DNA of 64,000 nucleotides from Hemiscyllium ocellatum (GCF_020745735.1 NW_026867533.1:310001-374000), one strand, 5' to 3'; positions 9,977-23,735 are shown, counted from the stretch's first letter. Program-made: numbers and translations. The notes: generated by a model from the sequence alone, not told the origin.

Positions 9977-12693
9977 TTTACTTAGACATCCATTAAAGTG
10001 GGCAACTCCAGACAGAAGCATGTTTTCAATTCATACCTTTTTAAACATTTTAGTTCATTAAAAGCAGTTAACAAGAAAATAACCTTGCCCTAATTCCTTC
10101 AACAGAAATGCTTTCCACACTGGAATGCAGTATTGTTTATACAGTGCATGCAAAATCTCCACAGTTCAAGGAACATTTTAAGAATATGTAAAAATAATTT
10201 AGAGAATAACCCATTTCCTCCAGATCTGTGCTTTAATTGGTGATATTTCCCACCTCAATAATTTATGCAATGACTTATTAAGTTTATTAATTCAGTGGTT
10301 ATTTATGTTCATTATGAACACATTCTCGTTCATATTAATCCACTGGTTAATTCTTCTGATGAATATTCAATTACAGTGAATATATTTGACGTGAGGAGTT
10401 GAGCAATGTATCCTCTAGGATTAAGTCTGTTGTACAGTTTGTTTCAGTGCTATCTCTGACTAACTTGCCAACGGTCCTGACCATTTGTAAATTGTCCAGT
10501 TGGGATACCTGAATCTCAGACAGTTCAATTCCATCTCGCGCTTCAAAACCACTTTTATCTGCCAGAAATACAATAGGTGCCTCAGAATTGAGAGCCCTGA
10601 CTAAGTTGTTCCAATCAGAACGAACGTTTCAGGAACAAAAGGCAGATAGCAAGAGTTCTGAAATTGGTTGTTGGCAACAAGAGATATTTGATTGAGCGAG
10701 GCAGAGGGAAATATGCTGCATATTTTCTTTGTGCCTCAGTTATGCAGGACATGTTTCGTGGCACAATGCAGAATCAGAATTTTTTTGCATCTTATTATTT
10801 GAAAACCTATTATCAGCTTTTAATGTCACTGGCAACAGTAATATTACACTTCAAAACATTTTAAACTTTCTCAAACTAAGTAGACCGTCTGGTGCAGCAA
10901 CATTCACAGCGGAAAGAGGAAGGGAGTTCGAGGTTGGAATCCAGTGACAGTGAATTGATGGCAATGCAATTCCTAGTTTTATTCCTCTGTAGTTCCCATA
11001 GAGTTTGAACAATTTGGAGCTGCTGTCAAAGTATTCTTGGATAAATGTTGAAACGTTACTTTCATTGTACAAACATTCTGGAACAATCCCTAGTTGTTGG
11101 AAGGTGTTAATAACTAACATGGTTTATGTACTGTCAAAACAGGTGGGCTATGTTCTCCGTGATAGTGTCGAGCTCATTGTGTTCAGGTCTGTTGTGAAGT
11201 TATAGTAGGGTCCCTGATTCTGTGCCAGGTGGTCTGTGTTCACTTACCACCTGTTAGAGAGGTATGTAACACCATCTCTTATCAGGTTACTTCAATGCAA
11301 GAAAGCAGATTGAGATGTTTGGGTGTTTGTTGGAATTCCACTCACAGAGGCCAGTGAAATCTATTCAATCTCTGTCCTGACTTGTGTCTCTTAGATATTA
11401 AACAGAATTTTGGTGGTTAGCAGCTTTTTCCAGATCAATATTTGTTCACAAGCTTTTGGGCATCGCTAGATGGGGTTAATGGAGTAAGTGCTCAAAGAAA
11501 TCCCAGCTTTTGACTTGCTGTTCTAACAATATCATTTATAACTAATCCCGAATGAATCATTTTCAAAGTATATTTGATGAGATTATGCTGAGGCTGTTTT
11601 ACTTTATATTAAACCAGTGCTGTAGCTGAATTTGATAGTTCAGTACGGTGAGGGTTCTGCTGATCCAACACTTGCAGCAGATGGTGATAGCTTTTCTGTT
11701 GGTCTTCCATTGCTATCTCAGACCATCCAGTACCTCTGCTAAGAATTCTTTTTCCAACAGGACTCAAGCCAACGTAATCACTGTTTATCTCAACAGATGT
11801 GAGCTCTTGTGCCAAAAACATGAAAACAATTTGGTGAAGAGGGGTCTCTGGATGCGAAAGGTTAACCTTGCCTTCTCTCCACAGGAGCTGCTAGACCTGC
11901 TGAGTTTCTTCAGAAGTTTCTGTCTTTATTTTGGTTTTCTAGCATTTAAAGTTTGTTGTTTCATTGAAAAAAGTTCTGTTCGATTAAACACGTTCTTCAG
12001 AGAAAAGATGCATTTGAACAAATTGCGAATGTTCAGAGATATTATTGAATTTAGCGCCCTGATCTCGAGCTGTAGTTTCACAAGAAACTACTATGAAGTA
12101 ACAACACACTGCAGAGTGCAGTGGCTGCTGTAATTGGGTGGAAGTTATTTTGATCACTCAAATAGAGAATGTCAATGATCCCGTTCCAAATAATCAACAG
12201 AAGTTTTTTTTTAAAGCACGTGTCAAACAATTAATTTGTTGAAATATTTTAATAACAAGTATTCACGGCCAGTGCTAGCTTAATGAATGACACAATGATA
12301 GAAAGGTAGGAACAAGAGGAGGGCACTCAGCCCCTCGAGCTGTTCCACCACTTACTTAGATCATGGTGCATCTGTGAGCTCAATCCCCAGGTCTCCCTTT
12401 GGCTAAAACTCTTTAACAAGCAAAAACTATCCCAGATTTACTGATTCGACTGCCCATAACAAAGGGAGACACTATTTCTGAAAGACATTCCTGTGAGTAC
12501 AGTGACACAATGAGGCTGGAATTAATTGCTCATGAAAGTAAACTTTAAATCTCTGACAATTTCCAATTGAAACATCCCAATCATCATATTTCATTAATTT
12601 AACACTATACTTCCCTGGAATAAAGAAATATAATGTGTGATTGCCTTGATAAAAATGAGGAGGAAGTGAGGACTGCAGATGCTGGAGATCAGA

Positions 12694-12859
12694 GCTGAAA
12701 ATGTGTTGCTGGAAAAGTGCAGCAAGTCTGGCAGCATCCAAGGAGCAGGAGAATCGACGTTTCGGGCATGAGTCCTTCTTCAGGAAGGGCTCCTTGGATA
12801 CTGCCTGATCCTTGGATGCTGCTTGACCTGCTGCACTTTTCCAGCAACACATTTTCAGC
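12694..12859. repeat. Fold-back, probably inverted Penelope-type terminal repeat
   Basis: gctgaaaatgtgttgctggaaaagtgcagca ... tgctgcacttttccagcaacacattttcagc. Confidence 0.8.
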
Positions 12860-12997
12860 AGTTGCTAAAAATGAGGGAAGCTTCATTCCTATTATATGAT
12901 TAAGAAATAGCTCTGTTCATTCAGTGAAAACACAGTCAAATCACACAAAAGGAAACCATGATTTGGAGATGTCGGTTTTGGACTGGGGTGTACACAG

Positions 12998-13151
12998 TTA
13001 AAAATCACACAACACCAGGTTATAGTCCAACAGGTTTAATTGGAAGCACACCAACTTTCGGAGCGACGCTCCTTTATCAGCAACGCTCCGAAAGCTAGTT
13101 TGTTTCCAATTAAACCTGTTGGACTACAACCTAGTGTTGTGTGATTTTTAA
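12998..13151. repeat. Second fold-back element
   Basis: ttaaaaatcacacaacaccaggttatagtccaacaggtttaattggaa ... ttccaattaaacctgttggactacaacctagtgttgtgtgatttttaa. Confidence 0.8.
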
Positions 13152-14653
13152 AAAAGGAAACAATGTCATCTTGTGTAGACACACAAGTGCATCAAATCAT
13201 TTTCAATTCTTCCAGTGGTTGTTTGAATCTCTAGACAGGTGTGGAAGTGTCAGACTTTTTATATCGCCTTGAGAAACCAGTTGTCATCAGTTTATTTGAA
13301 TTGCTGAAGTTTGTGTGGTATTAGCACATTCACAGCGCTGTTAGGAAGTGAGTCCCATGGCTGTGATTGAGGAAAAGGAAACGGGCAGGGAAATAGTTGA
13401 GAGTCAAGTTGAAGTCTGATTTGGAGGAAAGCTTTACATGCATGTGTGCCCTTATCCTCAAGGATCACAATTTTGGAACATGCTGCCGAAGGGACATGTC
13501 AGCATGCAAAATGGAAGCTGAAGAAGGCATCTTGGCCTCTTTAGAAGGCTATTCCATTCATGGGATCATGATTAATCTTGCTGCTCACCAGTCTTCCCAA
13601 CACTCGATAACATTGAACCTGATTGTTTCCTGTTCAACAAAACAATGGTGAATTCTTTTGGAATTCTCCACCACAGAAATTCATAGATTCAAGACTCATC
13701 GATTCTTGAAAGCGTTGTCTCAAGTACCTAGTGTGTTGAAGGTGTTTGGCGCATGTACCTTCATTGGTCAGAGCACTGAGTGCAGGAGTTAGGGCTTCAT
13801 GTTGTAACTGTCCAAAACATTGGAATGAACTGCCAGAGGAAGCGGTAAGTGCAGAGATAGGTCCCACATTGAGAAGACATTTGAACAGCTACAGGAACTG
13901 GATCGGTCTGGATGGATATGGGCCAAAGGCAGGCAAGTGGAATGAGTTTAATTTGGGAACTCTGGTCAGCATGGCTGGGCTGGACCAAAGGAACTGTTTC
14001 TGTGCTGTACGACTTTATGTCTCACTGACTTTATGGTGGAGGAGGCTTAAAGTTGGAAGGTGGTGAGCAAGTGAGGGGCTAGATTGGGCATGTGGGAGAG
14101 TTTGGGCTGGGAGGCTGGTTGGCTGGCTGCTGGGTAAGCTTGCGTGCACTCTGTCTGGCAAAAGGTGGCATCAAGGTAAATGGTAATGGTCACAGGATAA
14201 TTTGGTTGAATTGTGCTTGGTAGGTGAGGGGTAGTTTGAGCTGAAATGCAGGAGGTCTGTCTTTGCCAGGCTGGTTTATGGAGAGGTGGGCAGGATGCCA
14301 GGCTGGTTAGTGTAGAGGTGGGCAGAGTGCCAGGATGTTTCGGGGGTGGAAGGTCACTGGAATGAAGTGACAGGTGGACGTGTTGTCAAAATGCAAAGCT
14401 CGAAGTCTGGCAAAATGGTAGGTTGTAAAGCACAGATGCCAGCGGAGCTAGGATGCAATGTGCACAGGTTGTCTTGGGTAAGATGAGAGGTCAGTGATCA
14501 AGGGCTGAGGTCATGTCTTGGGTAGTGGGCTTTTGTCAGAGGTTGTGAAAATGATGGTGCCAGGTCCAGTCAGGGCCAGATTCGCTATGGGCCAGGTGCA
14601 GGATGGCAGGAGTGTAAATGACTGAAAGGGATTGAGATCATATGTCCATCTGG

Positions 14654-15330
14654 AATATAGAATATAGAACATTACAGTGCAGTACAGGTCCTTCAGCCCT
14701 CGATGTTGCGCTGACCTGTGGAACCAATCTGAAGCCTATCTATCCTACACTATTCCATTTTCATCCATATGTTTATCCAATGACCTTTTAAATGCCCTTA
14801 AAGTTGGCGAGTGTACTATTGTTGCAGGCAGTGCGTTCCATGGCCCTACTACTCTCTGAGTAAAGAAACAACCTCTGACATCTGTCATCTATGTCCTCTC
14901 CTGCTAGCCATCACTATTCAAGGAAAAAAACTTTCACTGTCCACCCTCTGTTTATCTTTTATGTCTCAATTAAGTCACCTCTCAACCTTCTTCTCTCAAA
15001 CAAAAACAGCCTCAAGACCCTCATCCTTTCCTCATTAAACCTTCCCGCCATACCAAACAACATCCTGGTAAACCTCCTCTGAACTCTTCCAAAGCTTCCA
15101 CATTCTCTCTATAATGTGGTGACCAGAACAGTACACAATACTCCAAGTGTAGCCACACCAGAGTTTTGTACAGCTGCAACCTAACCTCATGGTTCTGAAA
15201 CTCAGTCCCTCTATCGATGAAAGCCAGCACAAAGTATGCCTTCTTAACAACTCTATCAAACTGGCTGGCAACTTTTAGGGATCTATGTACATGGGCACCG
15301 AGATCTCTCTGCTCAGCTACACTACCAATA
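14654..15330 (-). mobile_element. Degenerate CR1 LINE 3' end
   Basis: ORF 15021..15413 contains QLYKTLVWLHLEYCVLFWSPHY; tail-like atagaatatagaac. Confidence 0.85.
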
Positions 15331-15720
15331 TGGATTGCCTTGGATGTGTTTTGTGTGATAGGGGTTGTGTGTTCCGGGCATGAATGGGTGTATAGCAGGG
15401 TAGGGTTTGTCAATGTGAGTGGAAATTTAGGTCTAGGCAGAGTAAGTGCAGTGGTTAGTCTGAGAGATGAGGTTTGGTGGTGAACTGCGTATCAGTTTGA
15501 TAGTTATTAAAGTTAAAGATTACTTGTTCATTTCTCAAATCATATTTACGTAAATACTCAGCTGTAACACTCCAAAGTCTCTGAACCTTAATGGTTCTCC
15601 ATTTTTCAGAGGCCTCCAGAATTCAGATCATTGTAAATGAGATGTTTCAACTTCCAGCCAATTGGCCTGAGTTCAGCCGTGACAGCCATCCTCCCCGTCC
15701 CAGTGCTCAGCTCCTGCCTG

Positions 15721-15750
15721 TGCTGCTGCTGCTGCTGCTGCTGCTGCTGC
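15721..15750. repeat. (TGC)10 microsatellite
   Basis: Read directly. Confidence 0.95.
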
Positions 15751-15842
15751 AGTGACCTTCCTCCCAGAGAGAACATTCTGCCTTGCAGTGATAAGTGAGG
15801 AAGGCTCACTGGACCTGATTTCCAAGTATGGGGACGGCAAAC

Positions 15843-16114
15843 ACGAGGGGACACAACTTTAAAGTGAGGGGAGATAGGTATAAGACAGATGGCAGAGGTA
15901 GTTTCTTTACTCATTGAGTAGTAAGTGTATGGAATGCTTTGCCTGCAACGGGCGTAGATTTGCCAAGTTTAAATACATTTAAGTTGTCATTGGACAGGCA
16001 TATGGATGTACATGGAATAGTGTAGGTGGGATGGGCTTCATATTAGTATGTCAGAGCAGCGCAACATCGAGGGCCAAAGGGCCTGTACTGCGCTGTACTG
16101 TTCTATGTTCTATG
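15843..16114 (+). mobile_element. CR1 LINE 3' end
   Basis: gagggccaaagggcctgtactgcgctgtactgttctatgttctatg terminus. Confidence 0.8.
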
Positions 16115-16181
16115 ATTCACTCTGATTTCTCTCCGGGGGTACTGCCAGCTGTTGGGTATTTCCAGCAGCAGGGTACCTAGT

Positions 16182-16495
16182 GGGGCGGCACGCTGGTTCC
16201 GTGGTTAGCGCTGCTGCCTCACAGTGCTAGGGACTCGGGTTCCATTCCAGCCTCGGGTGACTGTCTGTGGAGTTGGCACTTCCTCCCCATATCTGTCTGC
16301 ATTTTCTTCCACAGTCCAAAGATGTACAAGCTGGGGAAATTGCAAATGTTGTGTTCAGTGATTGGGAGGTTAGGTGCATTAGTCAGGGTTAACTGTAGCA
16401 TAATAGGGTAGGGGAATGGGTCTGGATGTGTTTCTTTTCAGAGGGTGGGTGTGGACTTGTTGGGCCAAATGGCCTGTTTGTCTACACTGTAGAAT
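16182..16495 (+). mobile_element. Degenerate HE1-type SINE
   Basis: gggcggcacg...gtggttagcgctgctgcctcacag head; gggccaaatggcctgtt tail region. Confidence 0.75.
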
Positions 16496-16842
16496 TTCAA
16501 TGAATCTGCATTTCCTTGGTTTGTATTTTGTGAAACTTCTCTGCTCTTCACAGCAATCCAATGAAAGTGTCAGTTGGTGAGATCTTCAAACAGTTCCTGG
16601 GGTGGGATCAGGATGTTCTTCTTCCTAAATGATATGGCAATGTTCAAGGTCGAGGGCATGTTCCTAAAGAGGGAACCAATGATCATGATCAGCAACTGGT
16701 AGGAAACAAAAATAAACTCCAGTTATGCTGTAGACTTCAGCGGGAGCATACTGGCAAACGGTTACAGCTGAGGATACATTTGAGTAACTGATAAGGTCAA
16801 ATTAACAGAAACTAACATGCTCAATTGGTCATTCTATTGTAG

Positions 16843-17151
16843 AGACACCATCTCCCCCCACGCTTTATGGCCTGGTCTCCTCCTGTGAGGGGCACAACAC
16901 CGATTCGACAATCTTTGGTTGTTTGGTGATGGACTATTCCCCTGACGTCACCAAGGTAACCTGGAAGAAAGGTGGGGAGCTAATCACGGATGGATTGAAG
17001 ACTTACCCATCAGTGAGAAACAAGAAGGGAACCTACACCCTGAGCAGCCAGTTAACCCTGCCCGGGTCAGCGGTAGATTGCCCCAGCAAAATCTACTGTG
17101 AGGTTGAACACAGCGGGTCACACTCACACAAGAGCAAAGAAATGCCATGTG
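16843..17151 (+). CDS. IGHM: Cmu1 exon ([38 protein letters not shown])
   Basis: Acceptor ttgtag 16842, donor G|GTACGT 17152, phase 1/1, open C1-set domain. Confidence 0.95.
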
Positions 17152-20100
17152 GTACGTATTGTGGGAACTGAGATAAACAGAGCATCTGGGATTAATATGA
17201 ATAAGGCATTATTTATAACCATTTTCACAGAATCACCTTATACAGCACAGGAAAAAAGGCCCTTTGATCCATCCAGTTTACGCCTGTCAATAACAGCCAC
17301 CTAACTATTCCAGTCCCATGTGCCAGCACATGATCCATTGCCTTGTGTGACTTGCCCTTGCAAGGATGCATCTCAATACTTCATACTTATTATGAGGGGC
17401 TCAGTTTCTACATGACTTATAGGTGCTGAGCTCCAGGCTAACACCACCCTCTGTTTGATTTTGTTTTCCCCTGAGATCCACTTGGAACCTCCTGGCCTTA
17501 CCTTCACCCTGTGCCCCTGAGGCATTGATCTCTCCATCAAGGGGAAAGGTTTGATCCAGTTTACCCAGTCTATGCCTAAAATAATTCTAGACATCATGAT
17601 AATCTTCTCCCTAACTCTCCTCTGCTCCAAGGAAAACCCCTGTCTATCTCACCTAGTTTCATAACTAAAACCCTCCAACCCAGGCAAGATCCTGGCAAAT
17701 CTCATCAATACTGCCTTCAGTGTAATGTAATCACATTCCTTCGATAACATGCACACAACGCTTCAATATGGCCTAACCAGTGTTCTATTAAGTTCCAGTA
17801 TCATCTCCCTATTCTTCATTGTCAATGTCTAGGCTAATAAAAGCAAATATCCTCCCACCTTCTTAGTCTCTTTATCCAGACGACACAGTACTATAGGGGA
17901 TCGGTGGGTACATGCACCAAAGATCCTCAGGCCTTTCCAGGGTTCCACCATTCAAAATGTCATACCTCACAGATTCTTCTGCCGAATTCCATCACCTTAC
18001 ATTTATCCAGAATAATTTCCATTTGCAACTTCTCTTCACATACAACCAACTCTTTTATATCCTCCTGCAATCTAAAGCCATAATGCTCATGACTTACCAA
18101 CATGACAGTTTTCATTTCATCTGTGAATTCACTGGTTAATCCTCCTAAATTTGAGTCTCAATCATTGGTATGTCAGAGAAATAACATGGAAATCAACACC
18201 AATCCCTACAGAACACCAGGAGACATAGATTTCCAGTCACGCAGATACCCGATGACTATTATCCCCTGCTCCCATCACTCAGCCAGTTCGAGATCCAATC
18301 TGTCAAATTAACTCGGATCCCATTGGCTCTGATTATTGCTATCATCTGTACATCGAGTTATCTCTCTGAAAACTACTATCAAATTGTTACACATGACTTT
18401 CTCTCAATAAAACCGTGCTGAAAATTGTTGATTTATCTTCCAAATGAAGACTAATTTCACTTTTCAATAGTTTCCCTACCACTGTGACTAGCTTGACAGA
18501 TCTGTGTTTTCATTATTTACCCCTTACTTTGTCCTGCGTAACAGTGCAACGTTGGCTGATCTACACTCACTTGGCACAACTGCTGTGGCCAGGCAGTAAT
18601 TCTAAATTATTGTCAGCGACCCAACTATTTCATCCTTTGCATCGCTCAACCGCTTGGTATACTTTTCATCTGCCCTGGAAATATAACCACTTTTCATTCA
18701 TCAAGACAACACAGAAGATCACATCATGTGTCCTAATTTCTGAAAGTACATCACAACACCCCTCCATGATTTCTGTCCCCACATTGTCCGTCTTACTAGT
18801 GAACACTGACACAACACATTCGTTGTGACCACAACCTAATCCTCCGGCTCCACTCCAATAATAACACTTAATGGGCATTACTGTTTCCCAAATCATTCTT
18901 TTATTATGAATGAGCCTGTAACTTTTAAAAATATTTTCCTTTATTTTGACTGCTATTATTTTCTCATGGTCCCCTTTGCTCTTCTAATTCCTTTGTCTTT
19001 CAAACTCCCCCTTGCACGTTCTGTACTCCAGACTAATTTCTATTGTTTTGAGATTTCAGTATAGACCGGAAGCCTCCCTTGTTTCTCTTTATCTCACCCT
19101 CCATGCCCTTTGGTGTCCAGAGCCCGCTACATTCTTGGTCCCATTCAGTGGGTTCCTGGGAAATGTCCTCCCTGTGATTTTCCTATCTCTTTCTTAAATG
19201 TGTCACACTGCTCTGACTCAGATTTACCAATAAGTGTCAGCTTCCAGTCCACTCTGGTTAAGTCATTACCTGATCTTACTAAAATTGTCCTTCCCCTTTT
19301 CAGAACTTTGGGACAATTTCTATTCCGTTGCAGTACAATCTGAAATCCAACTGATTTACGATCACTGTCTGCAAAGTGCACCACCATTGATGTTTTACCC
19401 ACTGGGTCGACTTCATTTCCAAAAGTTAAGTCCAGGTTCACCCCTTTCTTGCAAGGTCTGGATTAAAATTCTCTGTATTAACACATACTTTGTTAAAATA
19501 TTCTCCTGGGGGCATTTTCAGAATTGTGCTCCCTCTCAACTTTTGACACAATGAATATCCAAGCCTATTCTGAGGAAGTTAAAAACCTCTTTTCTCAATC
19601 CCCTATTTAATTTACATTTCTCTGAAATTTGCCCATGTATTTGCACTTGGTCTTTTGGACCTATAGTACGGTCTATCGTGTTCTCCCAGTAGTGATGTTT
19701 GCTGGATTTTGGTTTTGAGGTACTGTCCATTTGCCTTTGTTCGAGGAGGTATCCATTATTTCATTTCTATTTACAGCCTAAAATACTCTTGTCAGAATTG
19801 TGACAGAAGCAACATTCTGTGCCGCAAACCCCCGCCCCTATCCTTTTCCATCTTTCCCTGTCTCGCCTGAAGGCACTAAATCCTGGAATATTGAATAGCC
19901 ACTCCTGCCCATCTCTCAATATGTCTCCGTGATAGCAACCGCATCATTTCCTCATTTATGGCGGTAATTCATCTGCCTTGTTCATCAGACTCTGTCATTA
20001 AAACGAATACCATCCAACGTTGCTATCTCCCTTCTGATGTTACCGGTCTACAGTTTCTATGCCTCCTTGACTCCCTTGCTGTGTCCTATAATTTTAGCCT

Positions 20101-20263
20101 TTCACATTGTCCTGATGATCTTTCTGTGTGGATCCCAGCTTCTCCAGCACTCTGCACAATTATGATTCTTGTATCCATTAACCACAAGAAACCTTGATAT
20201 ATGAGAACTGATTGTATTTGTTATGAAATTCATCAGATAATTTATGCGATGTGTTTCCTAAAG

Positions 20264-20575
20264 GTAGAGGTCCTCTCCCACCAACTCTTCTCCTAACTGT
20301 GAGCTCCAGTGAAGAAATCGCAAGCAGCAAGTTTGCAACCATTGTCTGTTCAATCATCGATTTCCATCCGAAGTCAATCTCCGTGAGTTGGTTGAAAAAT
20401 GGCCGACTCTTGGATTCTGGCTTCTTCATGTCTCCCGTGTGTGAGGCGAACGGGAACTTCTCGGTGACGAGTCGGCTGATGGTCCCTTATGGTGAATGGT
20501 ACAACAGCGCAGTCTATACCTGCCAGGTCACTCATGAAGACAACATTCAAAGTAAAAACATCACCGCACTCCAGG
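20264..20575 (+). CDS. IGHM: Cmu2 exon ([37 protein letters not shown])
   Basis: Acceptor cctaaag 20263, donor G|GTAAG 20576, phase 1/1; ORF 20251..20640. Confidence 0.95.
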
Positions 20576-22544
20576 GTAAGAGACACATACTGAGAGAGCT
20601 ACAAATCACTCTGAACTCTGATGTGAATCAAACACACTAATTTATCAGGCGTAGTAAACAGCAAGGTACAGCTTCTCGTTTCCCCACATGTCACGTATCT
20701 CATTTCGGTTTGAGTGTTACATTAGCATTGCTCATAATTCAACATTTTGGCAAGTCAGAAAAGCATGTTTCCTCTCTGTTGAAGATAGATATATAGACAG
20801 TGAGCTTTGTTAAATAGTTTGTTGCCTGACCTTGCTGGGAGAGGCATTCAGAGTGCTGAATCCTTGCCTGGTAGTGGCTTCAAGGATAAGTTTGGGGGTG
20901 GAGGGGAATATTGGAGAGATATCTAATTGAAACATAAAAAATACTGAGAGACTGAGGTCGAGTGAACGTGGAATAGACGTTTTGACTGGTAGGCGAGACT
21001 AGGACCTAAGGGCACAGTCTCAGGGTCAAAGGGGCACCGTTTAGAACTGAGATGGGGAGGAATTTCTTCAGCCAGAGGGTGATGAATCTGTGGAACTTGT
21101 TGCTGCAGAGGGCTGTGGAGACCAGGCCATTGTGTATATTCAAGCCAGAGATAGTTCGGCTCTTGTTTCGTGTGGGGAGAAGACAGTAGAATGGCTTTAG
21201 CCCGAAACGTCGGTTTTCCTGCTCGTCGGATGCTGCCTGACCTGCTGTGCTTTTCCAGCATCATTCTGACCTAAACTCTGGATTGGCCGAACAGCCTTAT
21301 TCTGATCCTCTATCTTATGATGATGTGGTCTCAAAATGACGTGGTTAAAATATGCAGTGACCCTTACTTGAAAGTAAATCAGAATGCGTTCAATGCTTCA
21401 TTCCCTGATCAGGAATGACCTGTTGGCCTTGGACATTGTACGACATCGATTTTTATCTGGTACTGAGCTCTTTAACTACATTTATGGGATCAGACCACAG
21501 ACCAAGTGGGTATCACATTTGATGAACTGGGATAAACGTGGTCTCACTGAGCTTCTTTAAGATGCTCTCTGTAAGTAGTGGATGAGGGAGGAGAATAAAT
21601 TCTGGTAAGAATGCTACAATAGGGATGAATGAACGAGGAACTCGAGACAGGCTGATTTAGCCTGGTTTAGGGTGGTGATGTTTACACAGTGGGTAGTGGA
21701 TGTCTGTAATATTAGTGTACATTTCCATCACGTTTGTAGATTAATTTAAGACGTTTTTGTTTGTTTTTTTTCTCCCCTGCTCTATGAAGAAATTTAAAAA
21801 ATGCAGCTTGGTAAATAAAGTGAAAGTACGGACCAGTCATGAACGAACTGAATGGAGGGGTAGACTTAAGGAGATGGGTGTCCTTCTCGATATCCAATGC
21901 TGTACTCAGTGCCTTGTTTTCAGATCTACTCCAAACGCAGCCCACGAGGAACAATGACATAAATTAGAGAATGACATCACACCAATAACGCAAAGTATTT
22001 TTGATCACGTTAAATATAATGAACAGAATTTCCATGGCTATTCACCGCTCCTGTAACACTTTAGAACTCTGCAAAGAGAATAATTATTATTTATTATAAT
22101 TTGTCCGAAATTTGGGATGTGATTTAGCAGTCAGCGTGACCAGCAGCACTTACACCTAAGGGTTATGAACATGGAATTGAACTCATTATATTCAGATTAC
22201 TCTTGTCACAAGTATCAATAGATGGTCTTAAGTGAGAGACAAACTCTGAAAGAAAGGTAATTCCATGGGTTACATAATGGTATCTTCGATGATTTTACTT
22301 TTTTCACAGGTGTCACTTGTTACAAAGCCAGTGTTCTTTAGGAATAATGACACAGGGTATGTCATAGGTAATCACAAATGCATTCACAACTCAAAATACA
22401 TCAACAATAGTAAGCATCGTTTCAGCAATGGTTGGAGTTGCCATTTTGAAGGTGGTGTCTTCACCCTGTGAAGAAGTAATCTGAAGATTGGGTGTTTGTA
22501 TCATAAAGGGGCATTTTTCATTGACTTTGATTTTTGTTTCATAG

Positions 22545-22853
22545 AAGATACCGAGTGCCACCCTAACACCGTTAAAATCCTCCCACCGCCAGTAGAACAA
22601 GTCTTACTGGAGGCGACGGTGACGTTAACCTGCGTTGTGTCCAATCTTCCTTCTGGAGTCAACGTGACCTGGAAACAAGAAAAGAAGCCTCTGAAATCAG
22701 AGATTGCTGACCAGCCTGGACAGAATCCCGACAGCGTGATCAGCAAATTAGACATTTCTACTGAAGCCTGGCTGAGTGGCGTTACTTTTGAATGTGTGGT
22801 GTACCATCAGAATCTACCGACTCCGCTGAGAGACTCCATCCACAAGGAGAAAG
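22545..22853 (+). CDS. IGHM: Cmu3 exon ([35 protein letters not shown])
   Basis: Acceptor ttcatag 22544 (alternative AAG at 22547), donor G|GTGAG 22854; ORF 22496..22864. Confidence 0.95.
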
Positions 22854-23301
22854 GTGAGCGGTGAGATTAAAACACAAAGCATCCCATGTGGAATCCAGAT
22901 CCAGTTACATCAATGGCAGGCTTTGATTGGTAATGAACAAACACCGTTGGGAGCATTAATGATGCGTCTGAAGGCAGGATAGCTAAGTAGCTGATTAAGA
23001 AAAAGATGGACCAAAGGATATTGTATTCTGATTAAGTCAGATAAGGTGGGAAGAAACCTGGGTTGTGATGTCACCATCAGCAATGACAGTTGGACAGAAT
23101 GCCCTTGTTGTGGGCTGGAAACATGGAGGCAACTTTCACTTTACTTTTTTTACTGAACAGAATGTGTACCATACTGCTCCTTTAGAAAAGGAAAGTGAAT
23201 AAATCCCAAATTTAAAATGACGTATTTTAATATTGAGTGAAATTGTGATATTGGTTCAGGATGCTTTTGGTTGATTTATATTTGTCTCAAATATTCTGCA
23301 G

Positions 23302-23693
23302 TGATTAATCCGCTGGAGCCATCAGTGTCGGTCCTCCTGCCACCAACAGAAGAAATCTCCGCTCAGAGGTTTCTCTCCCTCACCTGTTTAGTGAGAGGTT
23401 TCTCCCCCCGAGAGATCTTCGTCAAGTGGACAAACAATGACAAGCAGGTGAATCCCAGTAACTACAAGAACACCGAGGTGATGGCGGAGAGTGACAACAC
23501 CTCCTTCTTCATCTACAGCCTGTTATCCATTACAGCGGAGGAGTGGGCCAGCGGTGCTTCTTACTCCTGTGTGGTGGGACATGAAGCGATTCCATTGAAG
23601 ATCATCAACAGAACAGTCGATAAATCCAGCGGTAAACCGAGTTTCGTAAACATTTCACTTGCACTGATGGACACTGTTAATTCATGTCAATAA
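23302..23693 (+). CDS. IGHM: Cmu4 exon plus contiguous secretory tailpiece ([20 protein letters not shown])
   Basis: Acceptor ctgcag 23301; internal TM donor AGC G|GTAAA at 23632; tailpiece NIS sequon and penultimate Cys; stop 23691-23693. Confidence 0.97.
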
Positions 23694-23735
23694 AAATCTC
23701 AAAGTTGCATTTAATAATTCAACAGAAGTAATAAA
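23689..23735 (+). terminator. Secretory poly(A) signals AATAAA at 23689 (overlapping the stop) and 23730
   Basis: Read directly; T-rich tract follows 23735. Confidence 0.7.

Noticed and set aside
15606-15914. PolyQ-containing ORF
   Set aside because: Arises only from the antisense (TGC)10 repeat and an adjacent CR1
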